DNA of 32,000 bases from Ignicoccus islandicus DSM 13165. GTDB lineage: Archaea > Thermoproteota > Thermoprotei_A > Sulfolobales > Ignicoccaceae. The first letter of the stretch is position 1. Every line of letters begins with the position of its first letter. The DNA is taken from contig NZ_CP006867.1 of assembly GCF_001481685.1 (NCBI RefSeq), positions 1,350,001 to 1,382,000 on the forward strand, written 5' to 3'. A model generated the notes under the pieces. It searched no databases. It was not told the DNA's origin and saw nothing but the letters and a program-made list of their open reading frames with translations. Positions 26,666-32,000 of the stretch are shown in pieces. Made by a program: the position numbers and the translations under genes.

Positions 26666-26751
26666 GAGACGAAGGTTCCCGAAGATGAATAAAAGTTTTG
26701 ATTCTGTTAGTAAGCTAGATGGATTCTTCCGAAGACTAAATGGGCTTCTGA

Positions 26752-27201
26752 ATGTTTACTATGTCACACTTCCAGAGTTCGATTACTTTTCCATTATTCA
26801 CTCTGATTATATGGAGTTGGAGCAATGACTATCTCATACATACTTCTAAATCGGTAGTTCGAAACAGTATAATAATATCTAGTACCAACGACTTCTTAGT
26901 ACTTAATGTTACTTCGCTGGTTGTAGCATTAGATGGATATACTCTTTATCGAATAATTGCTACTGAACCACCCGTTACTGTATATAAATTGGCAAATGTG
27001 TTCAAGTTACGTGATTCTACCATAATATTCTTCCGAATAGTTGAGAATACTACTTTGATGTTCGATAGCACACAGTTACAGTACTACAATAAGCCCAATT
27101 CAGGTCTTAATGTTATTATTGATATGAAAAACGTCATCGGCTTCATAGTTATATTAGTAGAGATAGTTAGACGTGCAATGGCTTTAGAGTATAGAGGGTG
27201 A
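26752..27201 (+). CDS. hypothetical protein with C-terminal hydrophobic segment
   Basis: 149-aa ORF in an otherwise empty gap; NVIGFIVILVEIVRRAM; real-gene status uncertain. Confidence 0.4.
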   Translation: MFTMSHFQSSITFPLFTLIIWSWSNDYLIHTSKSVVRNSIIISSTNDFLVLNVTSLVVALDGYTLYRIIATEPPVTVYKLANVFKLRDSTIIFFRIVENTTLMFDSTQLQYYNKPNSGLNVIIDMKNVIGFIVILVEIVRRAMALEYRG

Positions 27202-27204
27202 GAG

Positions 27205-27525
27205 CTAGAGTAGTATATCACTCAATTTTATAAGAGATTCATTGCATATTTTCATCTTACAGAACCTAACGCCTTCCAACTCCAGTAACCTCTTTTTGAA
27301 CTCTCTTCCGAGTTTGTAACCACCTACGTCTAAGTCTTTTGGAACAACTCTATGACATGGCACTACTATCAGTTTTTCATTGGATGCTAACATTTTCGCG
27401 ATCGCTCTAGGATGTGTATTCAAAATATTGGCTAGGTCTGAATACGTTACGACTTTACCTATGGGTACTAAATTGAGGATTACTTCTAGTAACTCCCGTT
27501 TCGTAGTTTTATCTAAGGTTCCCAC
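27205..27525 (-). CDS. ogt: methylated-DNA--[protein]-cysteine S-methyltransferase, minimal C-terminal domain form
   Basis: PIGKVVTYSDLANIL, PRAIAKML, VPCHRVVPKD, GGYKLG..K..LLELEG. Confidence 0.9.
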   Translation of the reverse strand: MGTLDKTTKRELLEVILNLVPIGKVVTYSDLANILNTHPRAIAKMLASNEKLIVVPCHRVVPKDLDVGGYKLGREFKKRLLELEGVRFCKMKICNESLIKLSDILL

Positions 27526-27549
27526 CTCTGATTAGACGGTGGTTAAGAA

Positions 27550-27750
27550 ATGGTTATGTATTGGTATCGTTGTATTAGCGGAATTTACGATCCTGTAACT
27601 AGGTGCAATCTACTAGATACAGACGTCTCAGCCCACTTCTGTCTAATATGTCCTTTACGAGGTAAGGAGTGTAAGGATCCAGTGTGGTTTAATGATATGA
27701 AAGAAGATTCATTGAAGAAATTATTTGACAAGCTAAGCTCGGTGGAGTAA
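27550..27750 (+). CDS. small Cys-containing hypothetical protein
   Basis: 66 aa with CLICPLRGKEC; followed 4 nt later by the start of a same-strand ORF. Confidence 0.5.
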   Translation: MVMYWYRCISGIYDPVTRCNLLDTDVSAHFCLICPLRGKECKDPVWFNDMKEDSLKKLFDKLSSVE

Positions 27751-27754
27751 AAAG

Positions 27755-28534
27755 ATGATATTTATTTATCTCGATGAGCTCAGTAAGGAGATAGCTCGAT
27801 TATGTTCCTTAATATACAGTGAGCTATCTCACAAGCTCTCTATAGTTTTCGATCCGATATCCTTCGTTAACTACTTCATGATTTATATCGAACCTACTGT
27901 TTTGAGCGATATTGTCGTGATCGGGGTCATGCCAAAATTCGATGTTAACGTAGCAGTGAGATTGGCAAACTCCTTTAGAGCCTTTTCCCTAGAGCCTAAG
28001 AACCTAATTATTAATGCCGAATCGTACGTAGAGGTTATAAATCTCAAGACCCCAGGAACGGATTTCTTTAGAAACTCGAAGGTTGTGTCTGCTCATAACT
28101 ACGTTCAGTTAACTTATAAGACTTTGGAAACGTGCTTCAAATACGTACTGGAAGACATTAAACCTTCACCGCGATTAGAGCTTTTTCAAGAGGATTTAGA
28201 GAGCGTCCGAACTCTTCAACGTTCGGATCAAGTTCCAGAAAGTCATTTAAACTCTTTGTTAAAGATAGTTGAAAGCTCCAATCCAATTCTCACTACACCT
28301 TCTGTAAATCTGTTCGCTAAAGTACTTAGTTTTGAAACGAAAAGGGAAGTAAAAGAATACATAGAATTTAGCAAGGAAAAAATATTCGAATATGATATTT
28401 TAACTACTACCTCAGAAGAACATTGGATAAAACATCTCTCACGATATGCCCACATTTATGTTTCACTTAACGTCGATCCACTCATTGCATCGTATTACCT
28501 CTTGAAGATATACGAAATTCTAAAACAAATCTAA
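27755..28534 (+). CDS. hypothetical protein (259 aa)
   Basis: Long ORF immediately after 27550..27750; no recognised motif. Confidence 0.65.
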   Translation: MIFIYLDELSKEIARLCSLIYSELSHKLSIVFDPISFVNYFMIYIEPTVLSDIVVIGVMPKFDVNVAVRLANSFRAFSLEPKNLIINAESYVEVINLKTPGTDFFRNSKVVSAHNYVQLTYKTLETCFKYVLEDIKPSPRLELFQEDLESVRTLQRSDQVPESHLNSLLKIVESSNPILTTPSVNLFAKVLSFETKREVKEYIEFSKEKIFEYDILTTTSEEHWIKHLSRYAHIYVSLNVDPLIASYYLLKIYEILKQI

Positions 28535-29836
28535 TGTTCGTCTCGATGAAATTTCGCCTGCTATTGGTTCTAACATTTTCCTCTTTACGACCTCTATGTC
28601 GTCTCCGAAGTTTCCTAATACCCACATGAGCTTGACTAATGCTGTTTCAGATAGCATATCACCTAAAGGCGTTACTCCAACCTCTAAGAGCTTCCTCCCC
28701 GTTGCATATACGTTTAGGTTCGTGGTACCGTAAATGCATTGAGTAGTCATACCTACGAAAATACCATCTTTAATGAGATTCCTGATCGTACTAAGTAGAT
28801 CTTCAGAGATATGACCCATACCAGTACCTTCTATTATTATACCCTTATAACCTCTTTCTTTAATTATATCAAAAATGTCGCTTTTCATTCCAGGGAACAT
28901 TTTGACTAAGAAGGCGCGTTCATCGAATTTGTTAAGTAATCTAGGAATAGAATTAGACCTCTTTCTAAGATCTTTTTCTATGACCTTTAACTCATAGATC
29001 CAAGGCCAAACGAGCGCTATGGGCTTGGAGCATATACTCTTAAATGCATCTCTTCGCGTGGAGTGCATTTTTCGTGTCCTCGTGGCTCGATGAACGACGG
29101 CGTACGTGTCACCGGTCTCACCGTGCATTGTAATGACGACCTCTGCAAACGGAGCCCTTGCAGCGACTAGGGTGGCTGCAAGTAAGTTGAAGGCAGCATC
29201 ACTCGAAGGTCTGTCAGAAGACCTCTGGGCTCCTACGAACACTACTGGTTTATTCAACTCTTGAATGGCAAAAGAGATGGCAGCCGCTGTATAGCTCATA
29301 GTATCAGTGCCATGAGCTACAATTATCCCTTTAACATCGTCCCTTAACAGTTCCTTATGCACTTCTAATGCTATCCTTTCCCAATTTTTCGGTTTCATGT
29401 TCTCTGAAAGTATATCTAATAGTTGTTCAGTTTCTAGATCAGCTATTTCTTTTATTTCCGGAATATCTTCAATGAGCTCATTGGCGCTTAGGTAAGGTTT
29501 AACTGCACCAGTTTCGTAATCTATCTTCGATGCAATTGTTCCGCCAGTCCCAATTATTTTTACTAAAGGGAATCCAGGTCTCCTTTCGACCCTCTTACTT
29601 TCTCGGTGTGAAACTTTCTTCTCATACTTTCCAAGTACCTCTATCCTTTCGATATTTTCTTTCTTTATACCTATGTTGTAACCATTATCTAACTTAATTA
29701 CTATGGTGTCATCGCTTCTTGCAAGTGGTAATACTAGGCCACTAACCTCTAAACCGTCTTTTCTTACTACTTTCACGTAAGTTAAAGGTTCTATTTCATT
29801 ACCCACGTTCAAAATCTTCTCCCGCCGTATTTCCAT
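28520..29836 (-). CDS. gatD: Glu-tRNA(Gln) amidotransferase subunit D
   Basis: N-terminal YVKVVRKDGLEVSGLVLP; asparaginase-like KIIGTGGTIASK-type VKIIGTGGTIASKIDYETGAV, GIIVAHGTDTMSYTAAAISF, GAQRSSDRPSSDA. Confidence 0.93.
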   Translation of the reverse strand: MEIRREKILNVGNEIEPLTYVKVVRKDGLEVSGLVLPLARSDDTIVIKLDNGYNIGIKKENIERIEVLGKYEKKVSHRESKRVERRPGFPLVKIIGTGGTIASKIDYETGAVKPYLSANELIEDIPEIKEIADLETEQLLDILSENMKPKNWERIALEVHKELLRDDVKGIIVAHGTDTMSYTAAAISFAIQELNKPVVFVGAQRSSDRPSSDAAFNLLAATLVAARAPFAEVVITMHGETGDTYAVVHRATRTRKMHSTRRDAFKSICSKPIALVWPWIYELKVIEKDLRKRSNSIPRLLNKFDERAFLVKMFPGMKSDIFDIIKERGYKGIIIEGTGMGHISEDLLSTIRNLIKDGIFVGMTTQCIYGTTNLNVYATGRKLLEVGVTPLGDMLSETALVKLMWVLGNFGDDIEVVKRKMLEPIAGEISSRRTLDLF

Positions 29837-29942
29837 CTTAGTAGCGAATTTAGAATTTGGTCTTTTACCGCTCGTTTAAGTAAAAATTATAGCTTTGACT
29901 CACATTCCAATCTTTTCGGAAAGTAGAGAGGTGTAATTAGTA

Positions 29943-31808
29943 GTGACCGAGTTCACCCTTTTACGAATAAACTTAAGCTCCGGTAAGTCTAAAGACGAGA
30001 AGGTTGATGAGAAGACTTTGAGAAAGTTCTTGGGAGGTAGAGGTCTCGGAACCTATTTGGCACTTAAGGAAATACCTAGGAACGCTGATGCTTTAGGTCC
30101 AGAAAACAAACTCTTCATTATGTCTGGACCTGTAACTGGAACTGCTGAAGGTTTCGAAGCTGGTCGAACCCACGTAGTGGCCAAGAGCCCCCTTACGGGA
30201 CTTATTGGAGAAAGTAACATGGGCGGTAGGTTCGCTCCATGGATGAGGTTCTCTGGATATGATGGTCTAATTATAGAAGGTAAAAGCGAGGAACCAGTTT
30301 GGATAAGTATAGTAAATTCCGAGATTACCATCCACAGTGCAAAGGATATTTGGGGGCGGGGAACTCATTATACCGAACACTATATCAGGAAGAAACTAGG
30401 CGTAACGCCGAAAGAAGGTGCTGTTCTAGCAATAGGACCAGCAGGTGAAAATAAAGTTAGATTAGCTAACATAATTCATGCTGGTGGACGTGCTGCCGGA
30501 AGAACTGGTCTAGGCGCCGTAATGGGTTCTAAAAACTTGAAGGCGATTTACGTATACGGAGAAAGGAAGCCCGAAATAGTTGACAAGGAGAGGTTCGAAA
30601 AAGGCGTCAAACTTCTAAAGGAAAAGATAGGCAACCATCCAGTAAGGAAGGCTCTGAACAATTACGGAACTGCGGTTTTAGTTAATATAATCAATGAAAT
30701 AGGTGCATTACCTACTAAGAACTGGACTAAGGGTACTTTCGAAAAGGCTGAAGAGATAAGCGGTGAAAAAATGGCTGAGAAGTACTTGGTTAAAAGCAGG
30801 GGATGTTGGGGTTGTCAAATCGAATGTGGTCGATTGGTCAAAACCTACTCGCCGGAATGGGGTGTACCTGAGGGATCCAAAGGTCCTGAGTACGAAACTA
30901 TATTTGCAATAGGATCCAATTTAGAGCTTTCAAACTTAGAAGCAATAATTAGACTTAACCATGTTCTAAACGACGTTGGTATGGATACAATAGAATTCGG
31001 TAACACCGTAGCTGTCTTAATGGAACTCTACGAAAGGGCACAGAAGGGCGAGCTACCCCAAGATAAGGCGGAGGAACTATTTAAATTACTCGATGGTCTT
31101 AGGCCAATCTGGGGCACACCAAATCCGGTCCTTGAACTTATCTACAAGGTAGCTACAAGAGACGGAATTGGCGAATACATGGCAGAAGGAGCGAAAAGGT
31201 TAGCTGAGAGATTTGGATGCAATTGCGTTGCGGAGGCCAGGGGCATGAGTTTACCAGCGTATGATCCTAGAGCTATAAAGTCTATGGCATTAGCCTATGC
31301 AACGGCAAACAGGGGAGGTTGTCATCTCAGGGCGTACGCCGTGAGCTTTGAAGTCCTAGGTATTCCTAAGAAAACTGATCCGCTAGAGGTCAACGTAGAG
31401 AAGGCTAAAATGGTTAAGGAACAACAAGACTTCTTTGCAGCGATAGATAGTATGATAGTATGTAAGTTCAACACATTCATGACACCGTCTCCCGAGGACT
31501 ACGTTGACCTATTGGCCGGTGTGACCGGATGGGACGTAACAGCGGAAGAGATAATGAAGATAGGAGAGAGAATCTACAACGTAGAGAGGCTGTTTAACGT
31601 ACGTGAAGGCGATCCCGGTGATTACTTAAGCAGAAGGTTGATAGAAGAGAAGCTACCCGATGGCCCGGCTGCGGGTCACACTGCAAAGGACGCTCTAGAA
31701 GTAATGCTCCCGGCTTACTATGAGTATAGAAAATGGGAGAACGGAATCCCATCAAAGGAAATATTAAGAGAGCTAGACTTACAAGAGTTCGAATACATAA
31801 TTGCTTGA
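29943..31808 (+). CDS. aor: aldehyde:ferredoxin oxidoreductase family tungstoenzyme
   Basis: FLGGRGLGTYLALKEIP, AKSPLTGLIGESNMGG, C-x2-C-x3-C motif CWGCQIEC, distal Cys MIVCKF; GTG start with upstream GGTG. Confidence 0.93.
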   Translation: MTEFTLLRINLSSGKSKDEKVDEKTLRKFLGGRGLGTYLALKEIPRNADALGPENKLFIMSGPVTGTAEGFEAGRTHVVAKSPLTGLIGESNMGGRFAPWMRFSGYDGLIIEGKSEEPVWISIVNSEITIHSAKDIWGRGTHYTEHYIRKKLGVTPKEGAVLAIGPAGENKVRLANIIHAGGRAAGRTGLGAVMGSKNLKAIYVYGERKPEIVDKERFEKGVKLLKEKIGNHPVRKALNNYGTAVLVNIINEIGALPTKNWTKGTFEKAEEISGEKMAEKYLVKSRGCWGCQIECGRLVKTYSPEWGVPEGSKGPEYETIFAIGSNLELSNLEAIIRLNHVLNDVGMDTIEFGNTVAVLMELYERAQKGELPQDKAEELFKLLDGLRPIWGTPNPVLELIYKVATRDGIGEYMAEGAKRLAERFGCNCVAEARGMSLPAYDPRAIKSMALAYATANRGGCHLRAYAVSFEVLGIPKKTDPLEVNVEKAKMVKEQQDFFAAIDSMIVCKFNTFMTPSPEDYVDLLAGVTGWDVTAEEIMKIGERIYNVERLFNVREGDPGDYLSRRLIEEKLPDGPAAGHTAKDALEVMLPAYYEYRKWENGIPSKEILRELDLQEFEYIIA

Positions 31809-32000
31809 AAAATACTTCTTCAATAATTCTGCCATTAAAGTCAATCCGGATAATGCTATGCCAACTATTTAATTATTTTTATTCTATTCGATTTTAAGTC
31901 AAGGTAGAAGTTAATGTAAGATATTACGTGCGAAGCTAAATAACTCTTTTTACCGATTGATATTACTTGTGAAGGACGTACGTCGCTGGGTAAGTCTATA

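Noticed and set aside
26684-26750. Possible further box C/D sRNA (AGATGAA...CTGT...AGATGGA...CTGA)
   Set aside because: Boxes deviate and the C'-D distance is too long (about 24 nt) compared with the other candidates; kept below reporting threshold.
26601-26828. 75-aa plus-strand ORF MRQKVPPLIPRLFASVRGSARSRRR...
   Set aside because: Overlaps the structured GC-rich element and has no ribosome-binding or family signal; probably fortuitous.
1-32000. CRISPR arrays, transposons, toxin-antitoxin, defence islands, rRNA/tRNA genes
   Set aside because: No regularly spaced direct repeats, transposase motifs, or T-loop/acceptor pairing convincing enough to report; the gene content is housekeeping or hypothetical.
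31809-32000. Possible small ORF downstream of aor (MoaD/ThiS-like genes often follow aor)
   Set aside because: The frames inspected have early stops and no recognisable C-terminal GG motif; AT-rich intergenic sequence only.

Overview
Compact archaeal chromosomal window, most consistent with a hyperthermophilic crenarchaeote (Thermoproteota). Supporting markers are HerA/NurA, ribosomal proteins S28e and L24e, aIF5B-type IF2, GatD, a ThiD-ThiN fusion, archaeal UMP kinase and aldehyde:ferredoxin oxidoreductase. Recognisable genes: M17 leucyl aminopeptidase, a nurA/herA divergent pair, pyrH, livF-G-M-H branched-chain amino-acid-type ABC transporter genes, S28e, L24e, ndk, a ParA/MinD-like ATPase, fused class I fumarase, a secreted Lon-like protease, thiDN, a K+ channel with an RCK domain, infB, trpD, hyuB, ogt, gatD and aor. 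I saw no CRISPR array, transposase, rRNA or convincing tRNA. The most interesting signals are: (a) box C/D guide sRNA candidates in intergenic gaps (1612-1670, 20967-21021, and a tandem pair at 22934-23060); (b) a GC-rich element upstream of hyuB with mutually exclusive hairpins (about 26603-26665); (c) two genes whose coding frames extend far upstream with no ATG/GTG/TTG but with an ATT preceded by a Shine-Dalgarno-like motif; (d) very small unannotated ORFs (29 aa and 58 aa Cys-rich); (e) an unassigned gene overlapping the end of herA; (f) an SppA/SDH-like protein that seems to lack its catalytic serine; (g) a split of the usual S28e-L24e-ndk-infB cluster. No defence or mobile system was supported. 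Coordinates I derived by hand (starts, small ORFs, RNA boxes) may be off by 1-2 nt.
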